The notes under the pieces are model-generated. The model worked only from the letters and a program-made list of their open reading frames with translations. It searched no databases and had not been told where the DNA came from. This document shows positions 15,807 to 26,853 of a stretch of DNA of 64,000 nt, in pieces (positions within the stretch are counted from its first letter, which is position 1; every line of letters begins with the position of its first letter). The position numbers and the translations under genes are program-made. The stretch lies in IMG/VR virus record IMGVR_UViG_3300045973_000434, positions 1 through 64,000 of that record; one strand, 5' to 3'. Source of the stretch: a virus.

Positions 15807-18173
15807 ATGGACGTACAAAAATCTAGTTTCCCTGTACAGAAATTAGCACGCGCGAAGAAAACAGATGAGTGGGGACACGAATCTATTGATGCTATTATTG
15901 CTAGAGAGGGAAGTGGATTTGTAGGTGGAACTGACAGAAAAGGTACAATGCTTACAGCTTATGGTCTCTATAATAGTGAATATGACGAGAATGATCTTAA
16001 GTATGTAACAAACCCCTTTAAAGTGGAAGATGGTTTCCCAGCCAAAATGCAGAATTTTAATATTATCAGGCCTAAGATAGACTTGTTAATTGGTGAGGAA
16101 AGTAAACGACCATTTAATGTGAAGGTTATACAGACAAATTATGACGCTGTTACAAAAGTTCAAGAAGAAAAGAAAACACTTTTGATGCAGTATATTCAAT
16201 CTTATATAGGCCCAGGACAGCCAGATCAAAATGGTCAAGTTGCCACTCCTCCAGAGATTGAAAAATATATGAAATACAATTATAAAACAATATCTGAGGA
16301 GACTGCTTTTCATACTCTTAACTACTTAAAGGAAAGATTAAATGTTCCTAATGAGTTCTTAAAAGGTTGGAAAGATGCTCTTATTGCTAGTGAAGAAATA
16401 TACTACGTTGGTGTAGTAAATGGTGAACCTAGTATGGAGAGAGTTAATCCAGTATATTGTGACTATGATAAAGATCCAGATCTTGAGTATATAGAAGATG
16501 GAGATTGGTTTTTGAGGAGAATGGAGATGAGTCCAGCTTCAATATATGATCGTTTCTTTGATCTACTTGATGAAAGCGATCTAGATAAAATACTAGCTTA
16601 TAGTGATGGTCGTACTACTTTTGGACAAGGTACTGGTGATTATGTAAATAATCGCAGTGTTATGTACAAAGAGAAGTTTTCAAATAAGATATTTGGAGAT
16701 CAAAACAATGGTGATAATGATGGTAATTTACTTACTGTTTATCATTCTGTTTGGAGATCATATACCAAAACCGGTTTCTTAAAAGTGACTAATCCTGAAA
16801 CAGGTGAGGTTATAGAAACTATGGTAGATGAAACTTATAAGGTAGGACCTGGTGAAGAAATAAATTGGGAATGGCTCCCAGAGATCTGGGAAGGATATAG
16901 AGCTGGTGAAGATACTTATTTTGGTATTGGTCCAGTTGAATATCAGCATGTTTCGATTGATAGTCCTTCTAATAGGAAACTTCCTTACTGTGGAACTATA
17001 TATAGTAATATAAATTCTAGAGCTAAATCTCTAGTAACTATAATGAAACCTCTACAGTATATGTATATTATACTATGGTATAGACTTGAACTTGCTCTAG
17101 CAAGAGATAAAGGTAAAGTTCTTACTATGGATATTACACAGATACCTAAAGGTCTTGGTATATCAGTTGAACAGTGGATGCATTATGTTAGTGCTCTTGG
17201 TGTAAACTTTGTAAACCCATATGATGAAGGTTGGGATATACCTGGTCGTGAGGGTGGTAAGCCAGCAGCTTATAATCAAATGACATCTATGGATTTAAGT
17301 ATGGCCAATGCAATTAGTGAATACATAAATTTGATGGCTAAGATTGAAGATATGATTGGTGAAATATCCGGCGTATCTAAACAAAGACAAGGTGCCATAA
17401 CTAGTAACGAATTAGTTGGTAATGTGGAGAGAGCGGTTATTCAATCTTCTCATATAACAGAACCTCTATTTTGGGTGCATAACCAAGTTAAAAAGAATGC
17501 TTTAACTATGCTCTTAGATACTGCAAAAAGTGTTTGGGGTGATAGTGATAAACAAAGAAAGAAACTGCACTATCTTATGAACGACTCAATTAGGGTTTTC
17601 ATGGATATTACAGATGACTTTATATATTCAGATCATGACGTATTTCTATCTGACTCTACTAAAGAAGAAACAGATATTCAATCATTAAGATCTATGTTGC
17701 AACCAGCTATGTCTAGTGGTGCTACATTATTAGAAGCTGCTGAAATTATAACCGGTGAAAACATGTCTATGATTAAGAAGCGTCTACAGGATATAGATCA
17801 AAAGAAAGCTGAAATGGTTGCTGCACAACAGCAGGCACAACAGCAACAGCAACAGTTGGAAAACCAACTTAGGACTGAAGAACTACGAATTAAAGAAGAA
17901 GATTCTATTCGTAAAGCAGAAACCTCTTTACAGGTTGCTATTCTCGGTGCAAACTCTGCAGCTAATGCAGGTACGAATGTAGATGAAGAAGGTAATGATT
18001 TAGAGTTTGAAAAGTTAATGTTACAACAGGAAAAAGTACAGGAAGATATCAGACTTAAAGATGAACAAGTTAAAGAGACTATAAGGAAAAACAAACGTGC
18101 TGAAGAACAAAAAGACATAGAACTTCAGATAAAAAAGAAACAGGCTAACAAACCTGTAAGTAAAACCCAATAA
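15807..18173 (+). CDS. portal protein (788 aa) with long C-terminal coiled-coil/poly-Q extension
   Basis: Its position right after TerL and its size fit a portal. The C-terminal ~130 aa are heptad-like and charged, with AQQQAQQQQQQLENQL. Confidence 0.65.
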   Translation: MDVQKSSFPVQKLARAKKTDEWGHESIDAIIAREGSGFVGGTDRKGTMLTAYGLYNSEYDENDLKYVTNPFKVEDGFPAKMQNFNIIRPKIDLLIGEESKRPFNVKVIQTNYDAVTKVQEEKKTLLMQYIQSYIGPGQPDQNGQVATPPEIEKYMKYNYKTISEETAFHTLNYLKERLNVPNEFLKGWKDALIASEEIYYVGVVNGEPSMERVNPVYCDYDKDPDLEYIEDGDWFLRRMEMSPASIYDRFFDLLDESDLDKILAYSDGRTTFGQGTGDYVNNRSVMYKEKFSNKIFGDQNNGDNDGNLLTVYHSVWRSYTKTGFLKVTNPETGEVIETMVDETYKVGPGEEINWEWLPEIWEGYRAGEDTYFGIGPVEYQHVSIDSPSNRKLPYCGTIYSNINSRAKSLVTIMKPLQYMYIILWYRLELALARDKGKVLTMDITQIPKGLGISVEQWMHYVSALGVNFVNPYDEGWDIPGREGGKPAAYNQMTSMDLSMANAISEYINLMAKIEDMIGEISGVSKQRQGAITSNELVGNVERAVIQSSHITEPLFWVHNQVKKNALTMLLDTAKSVWGDSDKQRKKLHYLMNDSIRVFMDITDDFIYSDHDVFLSDSTKEETDIQSLRSMLQPAMSSGATLLEAAEIITGENMSMIKKRLQDIDQKKAEMVAAQQQAQQQQQQLENQLRTEELRIKEEDSIRKAETSLQVAILGANSAANAGTNVDEEGNDLEFEKLMLQQEKVQEDIRLKDEQVKETIRKNKRAEEQKDIELQIKKKQANKPVSKTQ

Positions 18174-18175
18174 AG

Positions 18176-19351
18176 ATGGATGATAAAATTTTAAAAAAAC
18201 CAGATGTTTTCGGTGGTTTTCAGGCATTGACAGGCTCTTTGCTTGCTGACGTACCAGGAGAAAAGAATGATGACAATGTCCTAGAGGTAGATACTCTAGA
18301 TGACATATTGATAGATACTAAGAATACAGACGATGACTTGGATGACGAAGGGACAGATGACAAACCGGTTAAAAAGAAAAAACCGGCAGCTCCAGTTAGT
18401 ATTCCTACGGATGACACAGACGAAGGTGATGATGATGACAATGAAGGAGACGAAGGAGATGGAGAACCGACGTCAGGAACAGAATCAGAACTTACAGAAT
18501 TTGAACCAGATATAACTAAGTTTTTTCAAGACAAACTTGCAAGTGAACTTGGTTGGGATTTTGAGGAAGATGAAAAATTTGAGTCTGTAAAAGACCTTGT
18601 AGATTATATGAAAGGTGTAGTAGAAGATGCTTCTAAACCTAATTATGCAAATGATGAGATTGAAAAATTGAACGCATTTGTTTTAAATGGTGGTAAGTTA
18701 GAGGACTATTATACTAAAATAAAACCAGGTGGCATAGATGTAGATACTTTAGACACTACTAAAGAGACTGATGCTAAATTGGCAATTAGAGAAAGGGCTA
18801 GATTACAAGGTTACAAAGAAGATCGAATATCTCGTGCGATCGCAAGATACGAAGACAGTGGCACACTAGAAGATGAGGCAGAAGAAGCTGTAGAATTTTT
18901 AAAAGAATACAAAACTACTTCAGCTAAAAAGCTATTAGAGGATACTGAAAATAATGCAAAACAGGTAAAACAACAGCAACAAAAGTTCGTTTCAACCGTA
19001 CAAGATAATATAAAAGGTCTAAATGCCATACGTGGCATACCAGTATCCAACAGGGACAAACAGGATCTGATGGATTATATATTTAAGCCGGACTCAGAAG
19101 GTCTAACGAAATATCAGCGTGATTACATGTCTGACGTTAAAAATCTAATCGAGTCGGCTTATTTTACTAAACAGGGGGACCAGTTGATTAGCTCCGCTAG
19201 GAAAACTGCAACCTCAGACGCCTACAAAGATTTGCATCAGAAACTCAAAGCAAGCAAAGGTAAAAGACACACAGGTGGTGTGAACCAAGGGTCGCGTAAC
19301 AGTTCTGATTCGTTAACAAACTTATTAGGAAAAACTTTATTAAAACAATAA
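18176..19351 (+). CDS. scaffolding-like protein (391 aa)
   Basis: It lies between the portal and MCP genes. It has an extremely acidic low-complexity N-terminal third (DDTDEGDDDDNEGDEGDGE) followed by a charged helical region. Confidence 0.4.
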   Translation: MDDKILKKPDVFGGFQALTGSLLADVPGEKNDDNVLEVDTLDDILIDTKNTDDDLDDEGTDDKPVKKKKPAAPVSIPTDDTDEGDDDDNEGDEGDGEPTSGTESELTEFEPDITKFFQDKLASELGWDFEEDEKFESVKDLVDYMKGVVEDASKPNYANDEIEKLNAFVLNGGKLEDYYTKIKPGGIDVDTLDTTKETDAKLAIRERARLQGYKEDRISRAIARYEDSGTLEDEAEEAVEFLKEYKTTSAKKLLEDTENNAKQVKQQQQKFVSTVQDNIKGLNAIRGIPVSNRDKQDLMDYIFKPDSEGLTKYQRDYMSDVKNLIESAYFTKQGDQLISSARKTATSDAYKDLHQKLKASKGKRHTGGVNQGSRNSSDSLTNLLGKTLLKQ

Positions 19352-19372
19352 TAATTAATTGAAATTTGAATT

Positions 19373-20854
19373 ATGGCAATGGAAAATAATTTGACTAACA
19401 GTCTGCAACTTTTTAAGACGAAATGGTCTAGCGATTTAGCAGACGAAAGAATGCTTTCCAATTTGCTGCTTACAGAGCCTCATAAGGCATCTACTGTAAT
19501 CTCTTATATCTTCGGTCGTTTTGATCAGGGTAACATCCTTGACTTCTTGACTAATGGTATGGGACAGACAATGACTATCGAAAACAGAGAATACGAGTGG
19601 GATGTTATGATCGAACATGACAAAGCAGTCGCAATCAGACAGGCACAGATCAACGGTGTTACGATTGCAGCTGGCGACACAAGTAAAGTTCCGGGTATCA
19701 ACCAGGAACCTATTACACTCTGGTTAGCAGAAAAATGGTTTGGTCCTGGAGCTATCCTTGAATTCGACGACAAAGAATATCAGGCTAGAGTTCTCGGCGA
19801 ACCTTATCAGGATGGTAGTGATTGGGTTTACACAGTAGTAGTTGCTGACGGACAGTCCGAATCGTTTATCCCTACGGCTCTTTTAGTTCCTGGAAAACAG
19901 GTAAGCAGGGTTGGTAGTGCATACGAAGAATACAGTGAAGAGGCTGATATACTGAATTATCAGACACCATTTAAACTTAGAAATCATCTTACAACGATGC
20001 GTCTTTCATACGACATCACTGGAGATGCTTACTCTACAGTTATGGTAATTGCAATACGTGATCCTCAGACAAAGAAATCAACATACTACTGGTCAGTTTA
20101 CCAGGAGTGGATTGCTCTTCGTCAGTGGTACGATCGTATTGACAGGATGACAGTATACTCAAAATACAACGCTAAATCTAATGGAACCGTAGACCTTCGT
20201 GGTAGTAACGGACGTCCAGTATACATTGGCGCTGGTCTTTTGCAGCAGATTGCACCCGCAAACAAAAAAACATATACAACTCTGACATTGGATATGCTCG
20301 ATACATTCTTGTCAGATCTTTCATATAACATCCTTGGTATGGGTGAACGTAAGTTCGTAGCTCTTACTGGTGAGATGGGTATGAGAGAATTCGATAGAGT
20401 ACTCAGGGCTAAAGCTTCTGCCTATACTTTGATTGCAACCAATTTCATAACTGGAAGTGGTCAGAATCTTACATTAGGTGGACAGTTCACGACTTACAAA
20501 GGTCTGAACGGTGTAGAAATTACACTTAAGCATTTCCCACTCTACGACAACCCTGTATATAACAGAAAACTTCACCCCATTACTGGGAAACCACTTGAGT
20601 CATATCGTATGACTTTCCTTGACTTCGGTCGTAGGGATGGTGAAGCAAACGTTAGAAAAGTAGTTCGTAAAGACCGTGAGATGGTAATGTGGTACACTGG
20701 TGGGTCAGTTGCTCCTGGAGCAGGACACGCTAAGTCAATCACAACTCTTAGGTCTAACGCTAAAGACGGATACTCAGTACACTTCTTGTCCGAACAGGGC
20801 ATCATGGTACTCGATCCTACAACTAGTGGTGAACTTATTTGTGACGCTGAATAA
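19373..20854 (+). CDS. major capsid protein candidate (493 aa)
   Basis: Supporting points are its position, its size, visibly higher GC and distinct codon usage than its neighbours, and a strong terminator immediately downstream. Confidence 0.6.
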   Translation: MAMENNLTNSLQLFKTKWSSDLADERMLSNLLLTEPHKASTVISYIFGRFDQGNILDFLTNGMGQTMTIENREYEWDVMIEHDKAVAIRQAQINGVTIAAGDTSKVPGINQEPITLWLAEKWFGPGAILEFDDKEYQARVLGEPYQDGSDWVYTVVVADGQSESFIPTALLVPGKQVSRVGSAYEEYSEEADILNYQTPFKLRNHLTTMRLSYDITGDAYSTVMVIAIRDPQTKKSTYYWSVYQEWIALRQWYDRIDRMTVYSKYNAKSNGTVDLRGSNGRPVYIGAGLLQQIAPANKKTYTTLTLDMLDTFLSDLSYNILGMGERKFVALTGEMGMREFDRVLRAKASAYTLIATNFITGSGQNLTLGGQFTTYKGLNGVEITLKHFPLYDNPVYNRKLHPITGKPLESYRMTFLDFGRRDGEANVRKVVRKDREMVMWYTGGSVAPGAGHAKSITTLRSNAKDGYSVHFLSEQGIMVLDPTTSGELICDAE

Positions 20855-20870
20855 ATTTAAATAGTAGGTT

Positions 20871-20896
20871 AGGTGGGGTGATACGTCACCCCTCCT
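20871..20896 (+). terminator. intrinsic terminator after MCP candidate
   Basis: GGGGTGA-tacg-TCACCCC core, extendable to 11 bp with one mismatch, followed by a T-rich tail. Confidence 0.6.
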
Positions 20897-20927
20897 TACT
20901 TATTTTAACCGTTAATAACGAGGAATT

Positions 20928-21839
20928 ATGATAGTAGTATTACGACCAATTGGGAGAAAAACATGGTCAGGTTTAGTTAAGTATAGGAACTGTTATGAAG
21001 ATATAGGTCCCTATTTTACAAGATCCGGTAGGATTTATACAGGTCTTACTCCCGAAGACGAAACAAGAATAGGTACTGAAATAGGTGCTGATTTAAGAAG
21101 TTCTTCTGACTTTTGGAAAGATTTCTTTATTAGAACAGCTGGTAAAGATTTGTATTTAGATACAAATGATGTACATGATGAATTAAGATACTTATTTTTA
21201 AAAGGACATAAAAGAGTTAAGAACTCTATACTTGAGAATAAAGCATCTGCGAATTTTGTTCTTATTAATAAAGACGAAGAAGCTCGTAGATCTAATTTAT
21301 ATTCGAAAATTAAAAGAGATGCTATTAAAGCATTTGATTCATTAACACCAGAAGATATGAGAAAATGTCTCAGAATCTATGGTCACAATGGAGATTCTAT
21401 GAGTAACGAATTAGTAGAAAAGACTTTGTTTGATATAGTAGAAGGTAATCCTCAGGGCTTTGTTGAACGTTGGGTTAACAATCCATACAAGGAAACAGAA
21501 GCTTTGATTGAAAGAGCAATAGCTAAAAACATATTACGTAGGAATAAAAACATCTACAAATATGGTACAGAGATTATAGGACATAATGTTGGTGAAGTTA
21601 TTGGTTTCTTAGAGAACATTAAGAACCAAGATATTAAGATTGCAATTATGAAACAGTTGGAATCTAAAGCAACACTAGATTATACTCCTTCTTTTGATAT
21701 TCCGACGATAGAAGAACCAGTTGTAGAAGCTCCAAAAGCTGATAGAAAAGGTGTTTCAATAATTGAAGATGACGAAGAGAAGGCCTTTAATGCTGAACTA
21801 ATTAGTAAGAAAAACAAGAAGACTGTAAATACAATTTAA
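20928..21839 (+). CDS. virion-module protein, unknown function (303 aa)
   Basis: ATG ORF in the head-tail block. Confidence 0.6.
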   Translation: MIVVLRPIGRKTWSGLVKYRNCYEDIGPYFTRSGRIYTGLTPEDETRIGTEIGADLRSSSDFWKDFFIRTAGKDLYLDTNDVHDELRYLFLKGHKRVKNSILENKASANFVLINKDEEARRSNLYSKIKRDAIKAFDSLTPEDMRKCLRIYGHNGDSMSNELVEKTLFDIVEGNPQGFVERWVNNPYKETEALIERAIAKNILRRNKNIYKYGTEIIGHNVGEVIGFLENIKNQDIKIAIMKQLESKATLDYTPSFDIPTIEEPVVEAPKADRKGVSIIEDDEEKAFNAELISKKNKKTVNTI

Positions 21840-22687
21840 TGGATATCATTCAAATGCACTTAGCCTTCAGGCTAAATTTAGATAAATCTGGTAAGTTAGA
21901 ACTACCTGCTTTTGAACCAGAAGAAATAGATTTCTGGATCTACTCAGCTATAGTTAAACTTGAGAAAACTAGGTATACCGGTTCTGATAAAAATTTAAGT
22001 TTCGAGGAAACTTTAAAGAGATCAGAAGATCTGAAGACTTTAGTACAGGATGCAGTCATTACACCAAGTTACAGTGGAAACAACACCTATATAGCCAACT
22101 TGTCTACGCTCGTGGACAAGTGGTTTATATTAGGAGAAGAGGTTGAAATAACATATACTAAGTTAGGTAATTCAACTACATCTTCAAAAAGACAAGGAGT
22201 TACTAAATGTACTATAGATACTTATAGATCTAAATTAGATGATCCATATAGTGAACATAGATTGCATTATGAGGAAGCTCAACCACTTAGACTTATTTAT
22301 CAAAATACTGTCGAATTAATATCAGATGGAAATTATACAATAACCAAGTATTATCTTAGATATCTTAAGAAACCACAGAGAGTTAATAGTTTACAAACTG
22401 CTTATACTAGTGCTACAGCTAATATAGAAGAGGGTTTTAACTATATTGTTTCAAACGGAACATTAACTTATAATGGTGTTTTATATCAAATAGGTAGTAC
22501 ATTTACTGGTGTTGAAGGTGTTAGAGCCTTCACGGGAGCTGGTACTGCAACAGCAGTGTTAGCAAATTGTGATTTACCAAATCATTTACATGATGAGGTA
22601 ATAGCCTTGGCAACAAATATGGTATTAGAAAACATAGAACAACCGAGGTATCAAACTCAAACTAATGAGTTAAATAAAATTGAATAA
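21839..22687 (+). CDS. virion-module protein, unknown function (282 aa)
   Basis: ATG ORF with a TAATG overlap to the upstream gene. Confidence 0.6.
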   Translation: MDIIQMHLAFRLNLDKSGKLELPAFEPEEIDFWIYSAIVKLEKTRYTGSDKNLSFEETLKRSEDLKTLVQDAVITPSYSGNNTYIANLSTLVDKWFILGEEVEITYTKLGNSTTSSKRQGVTKCTIDTYRSKLDDPYSEHRLHYEEAQPLRLIYQNTVELISDGNYTITKYYLRYLKKPQRVNSLQTAYTSATANIEEGFNYIVSNGTLTYNGVLYQIGSTFTGVEGVRAFTGAGTATAVLANCDLPNHLHDEVIALATNMVLENIEQPRYQTQTNELNKIE

Positions 22688-22702
22688 TAAAAACATAAAA
22701 TT

Positions 22703-23746
22703 ATGTTACAAAGAACAAGTAGAATATTAATCGGTAAGGATATTAGCCGTGATGCTCAGGTTGTTGATGGTGCAACTCTTGCTACCATTACGCTCAGCAC
22801 TGGTATGGCCGACGGTGAGATTGTTGTTCTCGATAAATATAAAAAGGTATTAGCTGCTGGTGCAACCATTGCAGATTCCGATACTATTTATATTTGTCAA
22901 GGAACATCTGAAACGTTTAGTTATACTAACGAAGCTGGTACTACAATAACTGGTGCACGCAAAATCGTTATATCAGATCCTATTCAGGGAAGTAAAGTTA
23001 AATCATATGTTGGTAGATCTTACGTTGCAAAAGCAGAAAGAACAGCTGCTGTTAACTTAACAGGTCTAGTACCTGTAGTTAATACAGAATATTTAATTCG
23101 TATTATTTATAAAGATATAAAAGAACATCCAGGACAGTTTACACAGACTTATAGGATTACCGCAACCTCTGCAACACTGAAAACACTTGTTGATGCTTTC
23201 ACAGTAAAGATTAACAAACACAGTGGACGTAGAGTTGTATCATCTGATGATGACTCAACTATTACTTTAACAGGTCTTGCTATTCCAGAAGTTACTTCAG
23301 GTTTATCTGATCTTGATGATTTCACTATGGTTGACTTTGACGTACGCTTCTTAGCAGTCAATGCCACCACAGGTAATTGGGAAACAATGGCTTCCACATC
23401 CACAGCTGTTACTTATACCGGTCCTAACTTTGGAGTTGGTACATGGGAACAAGTTCGTGATATGGAAAGATCTCTTCTTGGTTATGAAGGTGTAACAAAC
23501 ACTATTCATTGGCCAACTAGAATTCCTGCTCAGGATACAGTCAAAAGTGCAACTTATGATCTTATTGTAATCGAGCATGACAAAACTTATCTGTCACCAG
23601 ATAATCAATATGTAAAACAGGCTCCTTTAACTACTGTTATTGCATTTGTAGTTCCTACAACTGGAACACAGGAAGGAAGTTTCTTGGCTCAATTGAACCC
23701 TTGGATGGCTTCTTTACCAGGTGCTTTTGCAGCAGTTAGTGTATAA
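22703..23746 (+). CDS. virion structural protein candidate (347 aa)
   Basis: ATG ORF with beta-rich composition and MCP-like codon usage. Confidence 0.6.
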   Translation: MLQRTSRILIGKDISRDAQVVDGATLATITLSTGMADGEIVVLDKYKKVLAAGATIADSDTIYICQGTSETFSYTNEAGTTITGARKIVISDPIQGSKVKSYVGRSYVAKAERTAAVNLTGLVPVVNTEYLIRIIYKDIKEHPGQFTQTYRITATSATLKTLVDAFTVKINKHSGRRVVSSDDDSTITLTGLAIPEVTSGLSDLDDFTMVDFDVRFLAVNATTGNWETMASTSTAVTYTGPNFGVGTWEQVRDMERSLLGYEGVTNTIHWPTRIPAQDTVKSATYDLIVIEHDKTYLSPDNQYVKQAPLTTVIAFVVPTTGTQEGSFLAQLNPWMASLPGAFAAVSV

Positions 23747-23768
23747 TTAAAATTAAATAAGACTTAAA

Positions 23769-24149
23769 ATGGCAAATGAATTTTTCGCAGGTCGCGTAGT
23801 TAGAGCAGACTTTACTATTCTCGCTTCAACTGCAACTCAAGCTCTTCCCTCTGGTGTTTATATTCCCGCAGGTGCTCTCGTAACAGGGGTCACTTTCATG
23901 GATAAAAACGCAAACACCATTGCGAATGCTTCTGGTACAGTTGATCTTAGGATCGGTAGTGTTGCTATGATTTCTACCAAAATGATTAAAGACCTCGGAG
24001 CACAGACTGTTGCAGTTGCAGCTAGTTTGGTTTCCGCAGGTGGAATGTATGTACCTATAACTGGTGAAGTAAAACTTAGTGTTCAGGCTACCTCTGGTAC
24101 GGCTGTACACACTATTTCTCCTAGTGTATTTATTGGTTATGTACTGTAA
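23769..24149 (+). CDS. small structural protein candidate (126 aa)
   Basis: Ala/Val/Thr/Gly-rich and beta-rich, followed directly by a terminator. Confidence 0.55.
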   Translation: MANEFFAGRVVRADFTILASTATQALPSGVYIPAGALVTGVTFMDKNANTIANASGTVDLRIGSVAMISTKMIKDLGAQTVAVAASLVSAGGMYVPITGEVKLSVQATSGTAVHTISPSVFIGYVL

Positions 24150-24181
24150 TAAGTATATAAACAAATAATGAACTTAGTATT

Positions 24182-24210
24182 AGGGCGGGTATAAAAGCTC
24201 GCCCTTTTTA
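24182..24210 (+). terminator. intrinsic terminator
   Basis: GGGCG(GG)...(CT)CGCCC stem followed by TTTTT. Confidence 0.6.
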
Positions 24211-24236
24211 CTTTAAAAAATAAAAAATAATACAAA

Positions 24237-24833
24237 ATGGCAGTAATATTAGATTTGGATTACGTTGAACGTAACGATAACAAATTGATAACATTAACCG
24301 ATGTGTCTATTGGTTGGTCTACTCCAGCAGGACTAGACATTACTTCTTTAGATTTAGTTATAAGTGTAACTACTTCTGATAATATTAAAGTTGATTACGA
24401 TTCAATAAATCTACTTACACATGGCAACCCAATAACACAAAGTACCACACAAGCAGAGTTAGTATTTACAATCGATGCTTCTGATTTAAAAATATCAGGG
24501 GTATCGTCAGGCACAAATAACGACGTGTTAATTGATGGTATATATGAATTTAAATATATATTAAACTCTGGACTTCCTACTTCTACTTCATTAGATGATT
24601 TTAATCTTATAGAAGGTAATGTAAGAAACGGTGTATATGAGGCAATGCGTAGAATACCTACTTGGTATATGTGTGATGATTGTAGATCTAAAGAAATCAT
24701 GGATGCTATTTTTGCATATGGTTATTTAAACAGTATGCGAGCTGGTGGGTATGTAGCTAAAACAGAAGAATTATTAAGTCAATTATACGTATTAGAAAGA
24801 TTGTTAAGTTATGGCAGTAGTTACGCATGGTAG
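24237..24833 (+). CDS. tail-module protein, unknown function (198 aa)
   Basis: ATG ORF heading the fibre block. Confidence 0.55.
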   Translation: MAVILDLDYVERNDNKLITLTDVSIGWSTPAGLDITSLDLVISVTTSDNIKVDYDSINLLTHGNPITQSTTQAELVFTIDASDLKISGVSSGTNNDVLIDGIYEFKYILNSGLPTSTSLDDFNLIEGNVRNGVYEAMRRIPTWYMCDDCRSKEIMDAIFAYGYLNSMRAGGYVAKTEELLSQLYVLERLLSYGSSYAW

Positions 24834-26853
24834 TTTTGATGAGGATATAATCACCTTAAAACTTCCTGATATATTTAAAGGTTTGGTTCCAGATGGAATA
24901 CAAACCGAAACAGATCCTTTGTTTTCTGCTTGGGATAGATCAACAGGTGTATCTATTACTAAGAAACAGATTACAGATAGATCTGATATAGTAACTACAG
25001 ATGGTGCTGATAGTACAGCTAATCTAGTTGATATACTAGATTCATATGTTACTGGAGCAAATCTAATGGAGGTAGTAGAAACAGGATATGTTCCATATGT
25101 AAATGCTTCAGGAAATGTAGATTTAGGAGATTATACATTAGATGCCGATAGAGTTTATGTTAATCACGAAACTCCAATAGCTTCTACAGAATTAGCCACT
25201 AAGGGATATGTAGATGCTACAGCTTTTACAGCTATTGGTGGAGTAACTCCTACAGTTGCACATAACGATACTACTAGTAAAGAAGGTGGTGGAGGTGGGC
25301 ATTGGTATCATTTAAGTGATACTGCTAATGCAGTTATTCCTAACATTACTACTTCAGGTTCTGATATAGTTCCTACTGGATTAACTTTAAGCGACTCAGG
25401 TATAAGTATTGGATTAGATGGATTAGCTTGGGTAGAATTAACATGGGATGCTATAGTAAGTAGTACCTTTGATCATTATGTTATAGAGTATAAAAAATCA
25501 GCTTATACTTATTATACTCCACTAATTGCTACTTCTAATCATATAATGATTGAAGGATTAACTCCTAATACATCTTATAATTTTAGAATAGCTTCAGTAA
25601 ATAAATATGGTACAGCATCAGCATTTAGTACAGATTTAATATTAACAACACCTTCTGATTCTGTTGCACCAGCTACTGTAAGTGGTTTAACTACTACTGC
25701 AGCTATACAAGCTATATTACTTAGATGGACACATAATACAGATGTTGATTTAGAGTCTTATAATATATATAGAAATACTGCTAATGATACTGCTTCATCA
25801 ACTATTGTAGCAAATTTCAAAGGTAATGTATATATGGACAATGGTCTTACAGCTAATACAACTTATTATTATTGGTTAAAGGCTAAAGATACAAGTGGTA
25901 ATTTAAGTGCTGCTTTTTCAACAGGTGCTTATGCTACTACAAGAAACGTGTTGGCTACAGATATAGAAAATATTGCTGCTAATCAAGTTATTATACAAGG
26001 GGTTACAACATTAGCTAATTGGACTTCTCCAGGAGTAACTACTATTGATGGTGCTAAAATAACAACTGGTTCTATAACATTATCACAATTAAACTTTACA
26101 CCATTAGCAGGTGGTAATATAATAGCATCTATTAACGCTTCTCCAGAAGGTATACAAATAGAAGCTGATAACTTTGCAGTTAGTGGTTCTAGTGTATTCA
26201 CAGCAAAAGTGGGAGGTAGTTTTACAAGTGCTAATACAGTTCCACGTATAAGAATCTTTCCAGATTCAGATACTGGTATTGAAGTTGTAGACGATAGGGG
26301 TAGATTTTCGTTTAGGGCTTTAATAGGTGGCACTAATGTTGGAGATGTAATTATTGGAGATTGGGCTAACGGACAAGGTTTTTATTACGATAGTTCAGCT
26401 GGTACATATGGATCAACTTCTTTTGCTGGAACAATAATGGCATCTGCAGGTAATATAGGTGGTTGGTCAATAAGTGGTACAGCACTAATTAAAGAAAATG
26501 GTACAAGTTCAGTTGGAATGTCTCCTTCTGATTATCCTTTTTATGCCGGTAATACATATGCCAATAGAAGCAACGCTCCATTTAGAGTAACAAGCGAAGG
26601 TAATGTCACTGTTTTAAATATAAAATTATCTAACGCTAGTACAAATACAATATTAAGAACATATAGTAATGGTAATATTGTAGACAGTAGTATGACTGAT
26701 GATGGAGATAGAGTACGTATAACTACACCGTCTGGTTTAGTTATACCTAGATTATATTTTGCTCCTACGTCTCCAGAACCTGGAATGATATATTATAATG
26801 CTTCAAATGGTCATGCTTATTTATACACTAATACATGGAGAGTGTTAGACTAG
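24811..26853 (+). CDS. tail fibre protein with two fibronectin-III-like domains (680 aa)
   Basis: FN3 signatures: ...YVIEYKK...LTPNTSYNFRIASVNKYGTASAFS and ...LLRWTHN...YNIYRN...TTYYYWLKAKDTSGNLSAAFS. Confidence 0.65.
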   Translation: MAVVTHGSFDEDIITLKLPDIFKGLVPDGIQTETDPLFSAWDRSTGVSITKKQITDRSDIVTTDGADSTANLVDILDSYVTGANLMEVVETGYVPYVNASGNVDLGDYTLDADRVYVNHETPIASTELATKGYVDATAFTAIGGVTPTVAHNDTTSKEGGGGGHWYHLSDTANAVIPNITTSGSDIVPTGLTLSDSGISIGLDGLAWVELTWDAIVSSTFDHYVIEYKKSAYTYYTPLIATSNHIMIEGLTPNTSYNFRIASVNKYGTASAFSTDLILTTPSDSVAPATVSGLTTTAAIQAILLRWTHNTDVDLESYNIYRNTANDTASSTIVANFKGNVYMDNGLTANTTYYYWLKAKDTSGNLSAAFSTGAYATTRNVLATDIENIAANQVIIQGVTTLANWTSPGVTTIDGAKITTGSITLSQLNFTPLAGGNIIASINASPEGIQIEADNFAVSGSSVFTAKVGGSFTSANTVPRIRIFPDSDTGIEVVDDRGRFSFRALIGGTNVGDVIIGDWANGQGFYYDSSAGTYGSTSFAGTIMASAGNIGGWSISGTALIKENGTSSVGMSPSDYPFYAGNTYANRSNAPFRVTSEGNVTVLNIKLSNASTNTILRTYSNGNIVDSSMTDDGDRVRITTPSGLVIPRLYFAPTSPEPGMIYYNASNGHAYLYTNTWRVLD

